Shown in pieces: positions 37,088-46,700 of a stretch of DNA of 64,000 nucleotides. This stretch comes from a virus, in IMG/VR virus record IMGVR_UViG_3300045988_149288, one strand, 5' to 3'. Both the position numbers and the translations under genes were made by a program. The notes under the pieces are model-generated. The model was not told where the DNA came from, did not search any database, and saw only the letters and a program-made list of their open reading frames with translations. Every line of letters starts with the position of its first letter. Position 1 is the first letter of the stretch.

Positions 37088-37879
37088 TTATTTATAATAT
37101 CTACCCGTTTTTGACATCTGGCGATTTACGTTTTCGATATTCTTTTCACGATAACATGCATAAATCTCGGAAGGTGTCATATTAAGATTTACAAAAATCT
37201 TCATAAACTTAATAAACATCTTATCACCGATTTCTTGAATTTTAAGCGGGTCTTCCTTCCAAGTATCGTAAACGCGCCAATCCTTATAACTCGCACAATT
37301 CTGATACAAGTCACCGACTGCTACGATGAAATCACCGATGAGATACTGAAGACTATTAGAACCGATAGTACCGGTCTTGGTATCTTCAACTGCTAAATCA
37401 TAGAACTTCTGAAGAGTCATCTTCGGACGATACTTGAGGTAAAGCAACTGATTATAAACGAAATGCAATGCGTCAACTGCTTCAGCCTTACCTTCCTTGG
37501 TTACTTCAAAATTGTCCTTTTCAAGCTGTTCCATGAGTTCAAAGAGTTCAGTAACGGTGCTCATCATGAAATAACCTGAACGCTTTGCATTCTGATGGTT
37601 ATCTTCATTATTCGTCGGAGCGAGAGTACCACGCTTTGCAGCAAGAATATTCTGAAGAGCTTCCTGCATATTATACATGGTTTCAAGTGCCGTTGCTTCA
37701 ATATATTCTTCAGGAAAATCCGGAAGCTTAATTTCAGAAGCCTTCAACTGCGGTGGAAGCGGCACTGATTCAGCAAACTTCTTAGCTTCTTCTGCACGCT
37801 TAGCCAGCTTTTCCTGAAGGACTACGAATTCGTCCCTTTCTTCCTGTACGTTTCCGTACATTTCACCTGTACTAATCAT
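37088..37879 (-). CDS. hypothetical protein (possible all-alpha NTP pyrophosphatase)
   Basis: 263-aa helical ORF; weak resemblance only. Confidence 0.3.
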   Translation of the reverse strand: MISTGEMYGNVQEERDEFVVLQEKLAKRAEEAKKFAESVPLPPQLKASEIKLPDFPEEYIEATALETMYNMQEALQNILAAKRGTLAPTNNEDNHQNAKRSGYFMMSTVTELFELMEQLEKDNFEVTKEGKAEAVDALHFVYNQLLYLKYRPKMTLQKFYDLAVEDTKTGTIGSNSLQYLIGDFIVAVGDLYQNCASYKDWRVYDTWKEDPLKIQEIGDKMFIKFMKIFVNLNMTPSEIYACYREKNIENVNRQMSKTGRYYK

Positions 37880-38235
37880 TAGTTAACCTTCTCCTTTCGA
37901 CTCTTCTTGGCCGGACGAGCAACAGGCTGTTCAGTCTTGATTTCATCTGCGGACTTCTGAAGAGTTTCCAATAAATTTTTCTGCATACGGATTGCGTCAA
38001 GAATACGAGTAGATTCTGCCGTAAGAAGAGTTTCATTACGTTCATATTCTTCGTCTGTAAGGCCAAGCAAATCCTTCATCACAAATTCACGAGAGAAAAG
38101 CGGAATAAAACCACTATCCAACTGAGGCATGAACTGCGCGAAAGTTCCCAAAAGCCCCGCAATCTTTGCAGAACGTTCATAATCAAATTTCTTTGATGTC
38201 TTTGTAGTCTTTGTTGTTTTCTTATTTGTTTTCAT
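37879..38235 (-). CDS. hypothetical protein
   Basis: 118-aa ORF; TTTACTATATTTGCAAT 8 nt upstream. Confidence 0.35.
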   Translation of the reverse strand: MKTNKKTTKTTKTSKKFDYERSAKIAGLLGTFAQFMPQLDSGFIPLFSREFVMKDLLGLTDEEYERNETLLTAESTRILDAIRMQKNLLETLQKSADEIKTEQPVARPAKKSRKEKVN

Positions 38236-38298
38236 AATATTGCAAATATAGTAAATAAATTTTTAACTAATTTTTGTTTACACGAAAAACTTCTGAAA

Positions 38299-39396
38299 TT
38301 AAAGGATTTCAAAATACGGTGCATACTTTTCCATCACTTCGACAACCTTCTTATATTCAATCTTGTCAAGATTCTTCGGAAGCATCATACCGCCCTTATT
38401 AATCAAATCTTCACAATGAGAATAATAAAGGAGCTTGTCTTCTTCTCGAGCAATCTTTTCCTGTTCAATAACAAGGTTAAATTCCTTCTTCGGAAGATAC
38501 TTCTTGAAATTCGAAATATACTTAGTATAGACAGACTTCAATTCTTCGGCATGTTCAGGATCTGTTGTTGCGGAAAGAATCAAAAGACCGTTATTGACAT
38601 ATTCCATGACACCAGCACGAGACTGATATGCAAGACCACGCTTTTCACGGATTTCATGATAAAGCGGAGAAGTCAACTTACCGTTAAGCATTTCAAGAGC
38701 GATAACGACATACGGATAGTCCTTCTTAGAAACCGGTCTCCTACAGATTGCAAAAACCGTTTCTTTTTCAGGAGCGGGAACAGGCATCAAATTAACCCTG
38801 TAATCCTTCTTCCAACGAAGATTAACTGTAATCTGCGGTTCCTTTGTCAAGAACTTGACCTTGACACCAGTAGTCTGGCGAGGACCAACTTCGACAATAC
38901 GAACAGGCTTGAAAAGTTCCTTATAGAGCTTCTTAGCGTCTGCAAGAGTAAAATTCATAACGTCTTCAGTCTTACCGAGAACAAGCTCGTTATTGAAGTG
39001 TTGACGAAGAATATTATGGAGCTTACCTTCTACAGGACGGTTATAGGCATCCAAGATTTCCTGATAAACAATCTTCTGTTCCTTTTCGAAAACTTCCTTG
39101 GTAACGTAAGTTTCGAAACCGCTGGTAACGCGTTCAATAAGCAACTTCTTCCATTCCGGAGTAAGATACTTGTCCATGCCAGTAAAATGAACAACGAGCA
39201 AGTCAGTGCTAGTATAAGCATTAAAATTAATGTTATACTTCTGGAAATCATCGAATTGGTCCTGAATGGTATTTGTAATCAAATGTTCCATCAGGTGATG
39301 ACAACCGTGCTGACCTTCCTTTTCATAGCTGGAGCCAGCTTTGAATACGATATACAAGCCAGTCTTCTTAAAAGATTTCTTCTTATAGATATACAT
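38299..39396 (-). CDS. M16-family (pitrilysin/insulinase-like) zinc peptidase
   Basis: Inverted zinc motif HxxEH in GCHHLMEHL near N-terminus. Confidence 0.55.
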   Translation of the reverse strand: MYIYKKKSFKKTGLYIVFKAGSSYEKEGQHGCHHLMEHLITNTIQDQFDDFQKYNINFNAYTSTDLLVVHFTGMDKYLTPEWKKLLIERVTSGFETYVTKEVFEKEQKIVYQEILDAYNRPVEGKLHNILRQHFNNELVLGKTEDVMNFTLADAKKLYKELFKPVRIVEVGPRQTTGVKVKFLTKEPQITVNLRWKKDYRVNLMPVPAPEKETVFAICRRPVSKKDYPYVVIALEMLNGKLTSPLYHEIREKRGLAYQSRAGVMEYVNNGLLILSATTDPEHAEELKSVYTKYISNFKKYLPKKEFNLVIEQEKIAREEDKLLYYSHCEDLINKGGMMLPKNLDKIEYKKVVEVMEKYAPYFEIL

Positions 39397-39417
39397 TGTT
39401 TTTCCTTATATTAATGT

Positions 39418-39912
39418 TTATATTTGTTCAATATTTACACCATTTCGTTTTAAAAATTCGATTGATTTAGAACCTCTATCATATGGTTCAACAAACATAA
39501 CATTTTTTATACCTACAGAATATATAAGTTTTGCACAATTTTCACAAGGTTGATGCGAAACAACCATAGTATAATTATGAATAGGTATATTATTTTTATT
39601 TGCCATTGCTATACAATTCATTTCTGCATGGATTTCTTGTTCATTTGCGAATTCGTGATGTTTGGCTCTCCATTCCATTTCTGGAACTTCCTTCCATTCT
39701 TCTTCCTTATTATCTCGCAGGTAAAACTTTCCGTTTTCAGATTTAAAAATTTCGTTACAGTTCACTTGTCCAGACGGAGTTCCGTTATAGCCGCAAGAAA
39801 TAATACGGCCTTTTTCAACGAGCAATGCAGCAACTTTCATCCTAGAACATTTGCTCAGGTTCTGATATTCCTTAAGAACTGTTTTATAAAGATGTTTATA
39901 CTTGAGTTCCAT
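39418..39912 (-). CDS. cd: dCMP deaminase
   Basis: Zinc-binding HAEMNCI and PCENCAKLI. Confidence 0.8.
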   Translation of the reverse strand: MELKYKHLYKTVLKEYQNLSKCSRMKVAALLVEKGRIISCGYNGTPSGQVNCNEIFKSENGKFYLRDNKEEEWKEVPEMEWRAKHHEFANEQEIHAEMNCIAMANKNNIPIHNYTMVVSHQPCENCAKLIYSVGIKNVMFVEPYDRGSKSIEFLKRNGVNIEQI

Positions 39913-40423
39913 AAAGTATTTCCTTTGGAAGTTCTAAAAACAGTTTACTAATTTTGATTATTTCTTTACGATATAATCGAATATAACGACTTCTATCATA
40001 AATACGATTTCCATGACCATCCCTGTGAAAACCCGTATATAAACGTTTATGATTAAGTTCGTTTTCAACCAAGGCCAAAAGTTTTTTTGGTGATGGCATA
40101 TAAAGTTTATTATCGTTCAAATATAATAATCCAAATTGAAATTTTTTGATAATGCCTTCAATATCGATACGCTGATTATTTCTGTTAATTATATCAACAC
40201 ATAAATATTTATCACCATTATCACCTTGTCCAGTTTTAAGCTGCATATTCCTTGTTTCACCAGTTATCAAATCTCGAATAATCAGGTCTATACCGTCAAG
40301 GTCTTCCTTTGACAAATAACGTGTACATTGAACATTGTACCGGCCTTTAAGACGAGCATTCATACCAATAGCAACAAGTGGCTGTGCAATTTTTCCAGCC
40401 TTTCTAGGATCTTTTTTATTCAT
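39896..40423 (-). CDS. hypothetical protein
   Basis: 175-aa ORF. Confidence 0.35.
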   Translation of the reverse strand: MNKKDPRKAGKIAQPLVAIGMNARLKGRYNVQCTRYLSKEDLDGIDLIIRDLITGETRNMQLKTGQGDNGDKYLCVDIINRNNQRIDIEGIIKKFQFGLLYLNDNKLYMPSPKKLLALVENELNHKRLYTGFHRDGHGNRIYDRSRYIRLYRKEIIKISKLFLELPKEILYGTQV

Positions 40424-40501
40424 ATAATTTCCTCATTAAAAATTGTTAAAAAGAAAAACAAAATAATAGGAAAATTAATTCCTATTATTTTGTCAGTTTG
40501 T

Positions 40502-41116
40502 TTAGAATACTTCTACCCATGCGCTTTGCGGCAAATGGTTAACTGTCACATAAGCGGTACATTTTACAATACCGTTAGGATTAGCTATCCTTTGAGCTTC
40601 AATATTCTTGATTTCTTTTTTCAATTTCGGATCTGACAAAGCATAATCCCATGCAGCGTCAGCATCAACGATGAACATTCTTGTCCAGTCTTTGCTAACG
40701 CAAAGGTACAAGGATAATCCGTCGTTTTGATGGAAATCATATAAAGAACTTATCGGAATTGAACCAGCTACGTAAGATGGAAGGCCCTTAGCATTTTCAA
40801 CCATTTCACAGGATGCAACTTTTAAATCGATCCTATATCCATTTTGGTACCAGTCGCCATTCGACCTATCGAAGTCGGTAAATTCCCAGTTGTCTTTGTC
40901 TTTAAGATGTTTGTTATACTTTACAAGATACTCAGGATTCTGAGTCTTATGCAAAATATTGATTTGCGGCGCAACCTTCTTCACGATGCTGATGAAACCC
41001 TGTTCTTCGGAATTTCCGTATGTATTCGGAATTACCGTAGGCGGATTTGCAATGCAAGCACCCTTAATTAAAGTTGAACTACCATTAAATAATGCAGAAA
41101 TAAGATTTCCTGTCAT
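40502..41116 (-). CDS. hypothetical protein
   Basis: 204-aa ORF. Confidence 0.35.
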   Translation of the reverse strand: MTGNLISALFNGSSTLIKGACIANPPTVIPNTYGNSEEQGFISIVKKVAPQINILHKTQNPEYLVKYNKHLKDKDNWEFTDFDRSNGDWYQNGYRIDLKVASCEMVENAKGLPSYVAGSIPISSLYDFHQNDGLSLYLCVSKDWTRMFIVDADAAWDYALSDPKLKKEIKNIEAQRIANPNGIVKCTAYVTVNHLPQSAWVEVF

Positions 41117-41235
41117 TTATTATCTTTGCTCCAAACCGCTTTTGAAGACTTCAAGATGATAATACAGACTTATACATTAATTTGTAGCTCGTCTGCCTGG
41201 GGCATAGCGGTAATGCCCTAGTTAGATGTCAAATT

Positions 41236-42090
41236 TTACTTTATACTTTTGATAATATTCGTATATTCAATAATGTTGGTTACTAACAATCCAATTCCGG
41301 AATTATTCGCAAATTCATTGAACTTTTTTGCTCTTGGTTCAGGATTATATTCAAACGAGTCAACGACACGATTAATTGCTTCAACATATTCTGTTGGAAT
41401 ATTTTCAAAAGAGATAAGCTTGGAATTTAATAAAAACTGTTCATTGAGATTGTTTTCGTCAAGCCACTTATCAAGCTCTCCGGAATTAACAATCTTTTCT
41501 GCGGTTTTCAGGCCAGTTCCGCGTTTAATTCCCGGAATGTCATCAGACTTATCGCCAGTAATAATCTTTACGAGCAAATCTGTTTCCGGGTTCAATGTTC
41601 CTAAATACTCTTTCTTTATCGCGTCGAACTGGTGATAATTTGGGTAAACAAAAAGTTGCATAAAGTCTCTATCAGAAGAAACATTATAGCATTCCCACTG
41701 TGGATGATACTTCGTAATTACTGCAATTTGATCGTCAGCCTCGGTCTTGGGCACATCTACGAAATAGATATTGGTACCTTCGAACGCTTTTTTCATACGT
41801 TCGAGCAAGTTACCCCAGACTTCAAAAAATTTATCGAAATTAACAATAGATGCGGAACGCTTTGCTGCACGACTGGCTTTATAGCCTTCATAAATGTCCT
41901 TACGCCAACTTGTTCCGTCAATACAACAAAATACCCTATTAGGATTGATTTCACTAATAGCCTTAAAGAAAGATGAGAAGAATGTCGCCTTAAATAACAG
42001 AAACTCCTTTTCTTCAGGTCCAGGAGTTTGCGCAAACAAACAGCGCATAATCATGTTAGAAATATCGAGGGTTAGTATCTTATTACTCAT
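41236..42090 (-). CDS. rnh: 5'-3' exonuclease / flap endonuclease (T4 RNase H-like)
   Basis: PIN-like N-domain with acidic clusters and H3TH GDKSDDIPGIKRGTGLKTAEKI. Confidence 0.85.
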   Translation of the reverse strand: MSNKILTLDISNMIMRCLFAQTPGPEEKEFLLFKATFFSSFFKAISEINPNRVFCCIDGTSWRKDIYEGYKASRAAKRSASIVNFDKFFEVWGNLLERMKKAFEGTNIYFVDVPKTEADDQIAVITKYHPQWECYNVSSDRDFMQLFVYPNYHQFDAIKKEYLGTLNPETDLLVKIITGDKSDDIPGIKRGTGLKTAEKIVNSGELDKWLDENNLNEQFLLNSKLISFENIPTEYVEAINRVVDSFEYNPEPRAKKFNEFANNSGIGLLVTNIIEYTNIIKSIK

Positions 42091-42133
42091 ACACCCTCAA
42101 ATATAGGTAAAAATAATTTTTTAGTCTTTCGCT

Positions 42134-42628
42134 CTATGGAGTTTTATCCGACTTTTTGATTTGGTCCATCAGGCAACGGCTAATAAAACCTTCAATATCA
42201 TTGACATCGGTATCGATATAGTAATATTCCTTCTTCAGTTGTTCAACAGTTCCGAAATAATACTTCTTGATATAGCACTGGGATTTAGTGTCTACTAAGG
42301 AATAACCGGAATTATTGGCGAAGGAATAGAATTCAAGCATTTCATTTCCGTTAAAATATTCACGGACTTTCGCAGCCTGACTGATTATACCTTCCGTCTT
42401 TACCTTGTTGATTGTAGTAGTATCAACAACGTAGTCATACACGTTTTCCTTCATATCGATAACAGTCACCCTCTTGTCGGTGATAGAAATCTTGGATTCG
42501 GTATTCATCGTAGCACAGTAACGAATGTTATCGATTGCCGTACAGATGGCATACGTGTTGAATTCCTTGAAAACCTGGGCGAAGGCACAGGCAGCAGAAA
42601 AGAAAATGGGTAATACGAACTTAATCAT
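42134..42628 (-). CDS. secreted protein or lipoprotein
   Basis: Signal peptide MIKFVLPIFFSAACAFAQ when started at ATG 42628 preceded by TTTTCTATATTGGGTAAT. Confidence 0.4.
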   Translation of the reverse strand: MIKFVLPIFFSAACAFAQVFKEFNTYAICTAIDNIRYCATMNTESKISITDKRVTVIDMKENVYDYVVDTTTINKVKTEGIISQAAKVREYFNGNEMLEFYSFANNSGYSLVDTKSQCYIKKYYFGTVEQLKKEYYYIDTDVNDIEGFISRCLMDQIKKSDKTP

Positions 42629-42797
42629 ATTACCCAATATAGAAAAATGTTGTGTTTTTGTCAATAGTTAAATTAAAGCGAACATGACGATAATACCACC
42701 GAAGAGACCGACAAGGATGAGGGTCGCGATTATCTTCAGTGCTAATTCTTCAATGCCGTTGCCGAATAGATTTTTATCTTCATCTTTTGTCATATCA

Positions 42798-43214
42798 TCA
42801 ACCTGTTGTATAGAGCATTTTCTTGTAATCCAAATAATTCTTAATAGTAAATCCGAGATTCTTAATATTTACCAGCGTTTCTTCGATAAAGTCATAATAA
42901 TACTTCTGAGTATCGTATTCCTTTACTGCTGCCAGATATTTCGAATCCTTATAAATCTGAGATTCGATTTCCTTGGTCGTTCCCCAGCTTACGTTATCGT
43001 TGAACTTGTAATAGTAATAGAGTTCTCCATAAATCTTGTTGAGACTGACCTTTAGCTGCGATACCAGATATTTCTGGGTAGTATACAACTTCGTCCATTT
43101 CTGAATAGTAGAAGGCAATAAGTTATTTACACGCATCACCTCTTCGATATTATCAGGCAATGCCGTATCTTCATCTGCATACTTCTTTAAAACTTCAAAA
43201 TCTTCTACTTTCAT
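42798..43214 (-). CDS. hypothetical protein
   Basis: 138-aa ORF; TTTGCTATATTTAAGC + AAGGA upstream. Confidence 0.35.
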   Translation of the reverse strand: MKVEDFEVLKKYADEDTALPDNIEEVMRVNNLLPSTIQKWTKLYTTQKYLVSQLKVSLNKIYGELYYYYKFNDNVSWGTTKEIESQIYKDSKYLAAVKEYDTQKYYYDFIEETLVNIKNLGFTIKNYLDYKKMLYTTG

Positions 43215-43724
43215 AATTTATCCTTAATGCTTAAATATAGCAAATCCATTACGATTCAATTACAACATATATATAAAATTTCCATGATTTTTTAAAATGA
43301 CAGAATATTTTATTTTTAGTTAAAAAATTTTTTGCAAAAACTTTCTATACTTGGGTTTACATATTCAAGTCTGATTCCTCGGAACGAAGACCAATCCAAT
43401 GGAATTGTCGGTAGAGGGTCAGCCATTGAAAACTTCAGATACGGGTTTTCCAGAAATGAGCTGGAATATCGTTTTGAAACATACTCGGTAACAGCTAGTG
43501 GAAGTATCAGCGAAGTGCAGATTAGCAATCTGCACGTTTAGCCGCCATGGTTTTAACGGATATAGCCGAAGTACAGGATGACCGCCTCGTAAGCCGTTAT
43601 GTAAATCCCGAAAGATTGACGATGAAGCTTTATACCAAAAGTGGAATAGTCATAGTCTGGAAGTTCCTTCTAGGCTTATGATCTCTGAATCGCATTACCC
43701 AAAAGATAGAACAAATAAAAATAA

Positions 43725-43755
43725 AACCTAGTCGTTAAACTAGGTTTTAAAATTT
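43725..43755. terminator. bidirectional terminator closing an ORF-poor region
   Basis: aaacctagtcgttaaactaggtttt. Confidence 0.5.
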
Positions 43756-43926
43756 AACTTTTTGACTTATTCAACTGTTAAATCAACTTCGTCAGCAATT
43801 TCCTGCAATTCTTCAAGTTCTTCATCAGTAAATTTCTTTTTCTTCTTATTCAGAACTGTTTCATCCAATTCCATGGAATTTAACTCGACGAATTCTTCAT
43901 TTGTATTGTACATCATAATTTTCTCC

Positions 43927-44796
43927 TTACATTGGATTCAAATCACCAAGCGGGTCTTCTTTTCTAAACATCTGCTTTGGAATTCGATGTTCAGAATAAT
44001 ATCTATTGAAATCTCTTGAAACTGACATATTCTTGAAATCTTCCGGTTTCAAAGTCGGCCACATACGTGTCCATTTTCCAATCATATAGCTTGGCAAACC
44101 AGCTGCACGAGCAGACTGACCGGATTCGAGAGCCTTCAACAGTTTAGCCAAAATCGGATTATTCTTAGAAACGCAATAAATTCGATTTTCCCTAACACCA
44201 GTTTCCTGTTTCAAGATAACGTTTTTGAGACAGAACTCAACAAGATACTTCTTATCCATCTGAGCGACGCCCGTTTCAGCATTATGAACGGCATAACGCT
44301 CGATATTACCAAGTTCAGGATATTCAGCAGACATCTGGTCAGCCAAACGTTTCCAAACACCAGTATGACAGGTTTCATCAGTATGATTCAAGATTCTACG
44401 ATAACGAAGAATATCATGATAGCTCAAAGCACGTCGTGCAGCTTCCCATTCTTCGTCAGTAAATCCAACAACGCAGTCACGGTAGTAATGGAGCATTTCA
44501 TGAACAAAAGTATTTCTGAATGCTGCAAAAGTACCACAGGCATTGATATTGAGTTTGATTTCTACCGGTTCGATTTTCTTTAAAATGACGTTACCCGGTT
44601 GAGATCTGAAATAACCGTGTACCCTAGTACCCTTGAACCATGAAAAGGAAATCGGTTTCAAGTCACCATGGAAGTATTTCTCGTTAAAAATATTGAAATA
44701 CTTCTTCATGGCTTCGACATTTTTTTCGAATTCCTCGCCGGTGTCTGGGTCAGTAAGCTTAAAGCTTTCTTCTAATAAATTTTCGTTATTTTCCAT
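43927..44796 (-). CDS. SprT-like zinc metalloprotease domain protein
   Basis: HEMLHY (HExxH) in SprT-like context. Confidence 0.45.
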   Translation of the reverse strand: MENNENLLEESFKLTDPDTGEEFEKNVEAMKKYFNIFNEKYFHGDLKPISFSWFKGTRVHGYFRSQPGNVILKKIEPVEIKLNINACGTFAAFRNTFVHEMLHYYRDCVVGFTDEEWEAARRALSYHDILRYRRILNHTDETCHTGVWKRLADQMSAEYPELGNIERYAVHNAETGVAQMDKKYLVEFCLKNVILKQETGVRENRIYCVSKNNPILAKLLKALESGQSARAAGLPSYMIGKWTRMWPTLKPEDFKNMSVSRDFNRYYSEHRIPKQMFRKEDPLGDLNPM

Positions 44797-44803
44797 ACAT
44801 TAT

Positions 44804-45619
44804 TTATGACAATGCTTCAATGCAGGTAATGAACTTCATCGGGATATTTTGGTTAGTAAAGCATGCACAGGAGGACAATTCGTCATCGTCGTCGAATTCC
44901 GGGTCCTTATGGACTGGCCAATTTTCCGGAAGGTCGATTCTGTACATATGCATCTGAGGCATTTCCTCGTCATGGTCTTTTTCCCATTCGATTACAATCT
45001 GGTTAAACATGGACTGGGCGAGGTTATACATTTCGTCATTAAGCTTGTGCTGGGCCATTCTTACGCTTGTGTCTATATCTATATCCCCTCTGAGAATAAG
45101 GACCTTCAAAGCCATCTTACCGTTAATCATGTAGATACGTGGAGGATAGTTGACGCTCTTAGACTTTCTCTTGCAACGGAGACCTCCAGTTTTAATCAAT
45201 TCGTCAGGAGTAGCACTGCTTATATGATAGAACTTGGTAAAATCGAGCTTTCCGAGGAACTTGTTGAAAGTAGCCATGTATTCCTTGTTTTTGAAAAGCT
45301 CAAGTTCATAATAAGGCTTGACGTTATCGACTTCTTCACGTCCCTGACGGAAAATGACTTCATCAGTAGTATAGTTGCCTTCGTCATCAACGAGAGAACA
45401 ATCGTACCAGCCGTTAGCGGCAAAAAACTTGGCAACGTCATGAACATCGAGGTCGTTTTCCTTCAATATCTCCTGGCTGAACTTTACTTCCATTCCGTTT
45501 AGAGTCATACGCTTAGCACAGTTCTGTAATGGAATATGAAATCTTACCCTGAACTTTTTCACAAGTTCCGGCAAGTCTACGAATTTAAGCGATTCCGTTA
45601 AAATATTCAAAAGTCTCAT
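44804..45619 (-). CDS. hypothetical protein (paralog of 45620..46342)
   Basis: C-termini YRIDLPENWPVHKDPEFDDDDELSSCACFTNQ vs YLVRLPESVKVYKDPEYTELEEEVSTGACFTTQ. Confidence 0.4.
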   Translation of the reverse strand: MRLLNILTESLKFVDLPELVKKFRVRFHIPLQNCAKRMTLNGMEVKFSQEILKENDLDVHDVAKFFAANGWYDCSLVDDEGNYTTDEVIFRQGREEVDNVKPYYELELFKNKEYMATFNKFLGKLDFTKFYHISSATPDELIKTGGLRCKRKSKSVNYPPRIYMINGKMALKVLILRGDIDIDTSVRMAQHKLNDEMYNLAQSMFNQIVIEWEKDHDEEMPQMHMYRIDLPENWPVHKDPEFDDDDELSSCACFTNQNIPMKFITCIEALS

Positions 45620-46342
45620 TTATTCTCCAATCATTTTCTTTAAATTCTGAACAGTGTCTTTATATGTTCCACCCGAACTGATAAGTTCAATCCAGGATGG
45701 GTCTAATTTCTGGGTCGTAAAACAAGCGCCAGTAGAAACTTCTTCTTCGAGTTCCGTATATTCTGGGTCCTTATATACTTTTACGGACTCTGGCAGACGA
45801 ACCAGATATGTATTCCTACCGTAAGCTCTCATGGCTTCGATTGTATAATAGACGTTATCCCAGAATTCGTACTTGTTCTTTACATGAGCCGCAATTTCTT
45901 CAAGGCTCCAAAGATATACACGGCCTTCGTTATAAATCGGACCTACCTTGGTCGCATTCGGCTCTTCATCAGTCCATGCGTTTTCCTTATGCGGTCGGAA
46001 TCCAATCTTCGAGAACACTTCGATATTTCTATGAGCTGCACGAAGATATAAACCGTGGAACTGCTTTGCAAATTTCGAATCTGACTTATATTCAGTCCTG
46101 GAATTTCTCAAAACAAGTGACCAGTCGCTATATGCACCGATTCTCCAACCATAGTTATCAAGAAGCTCGTCGAAACCCTTTACGGTGTAGTCAATCTTGT
46201 CGAAAATAGAAGGATCCATTTCGATTACGCTATCCGTCTCGTCGAGAACATAATGGGCAACGTCAATACCGAGCTTTCCCTTCAAGAACCCGACCAGCTG
46301 CTTAGGAGTGGTGGTATGTGTAAGAAATTCAACTAGACGCAT
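45620..46342 (-). CDS. hypothetical protein (paralog of 44804..45619)
   Basis: see above. Confidence 0.4.
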   Translation of the reverse strand: MRLVEFLTHTTTPKQLVGFLKGKLGIDVAHYVLDETDSVIEMDPSIFDKIDYTVKGFDELLDNYGWRIGAYSDWSLVLRNSRTEYKSDSKFAKQFHGLYLRAAHRNIEVFSKIGFRPHKENAWTDEEPNATKVGPIYNEGRVYLWSLEEIAAHVKNKYEFWDNVYYTIEAMRAYGRNTYLVRLPESVKVYKDPEYTELEEEVSTGACFTTQKLDPSWIELISSGGTYKDTVQNLKKMIGE

Positions 46343-46674
46343 TCTTTACCTATAATCAACTTTATATTCTTCTTGATTTCATATGTCAGTGAATCAGGAA
46401 CTATTGGAAGAACCTTGATTGTACTGTCGTCGATAATCATTGTTACATGGCTGTTTCCGAAAATGTAGTAGAAGTTGATTTCTGTTCCTCTGTCTTCCAC
46501 TGATAACGAAAGTGCTTTAGTGTCTTTATTCTCGTTAGTCCTCGACATGATAACATTACGGTCGTGAATCGACTTGTTCATATCCGTAAAAACAGTCTTG
46601 ACATTATTGTAATTAATTGATCGCCAGTTTATATTGTCGTTCATATCATATTTATAAGTGGACAAAAATCCCAT
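46333..46674 (-). CDS. hypothetical protein
   Basis: 113-aa ORF. Confidence 0.3.
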   Translation of the reverse strand: MGFLSTYKYDMNDNINWRSINYNNVKTVFTDMNKSIHDRNVIMSRTNENKDTKALSLSVEDRGTEINFYYIFGNSHVTMIIDDSTIKVLPIVPDSLTYEIKKNIKLIIGKECV

Positions 46675-46700
46675 TTTTATAAATATATCAGTGAGGATTT

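Noticed and set aside
38416-39414. 332-aa plus-strand ORF
   Set aside because: Antisense to the M16 peptidase gene; hydrophobic low-complexity translation.
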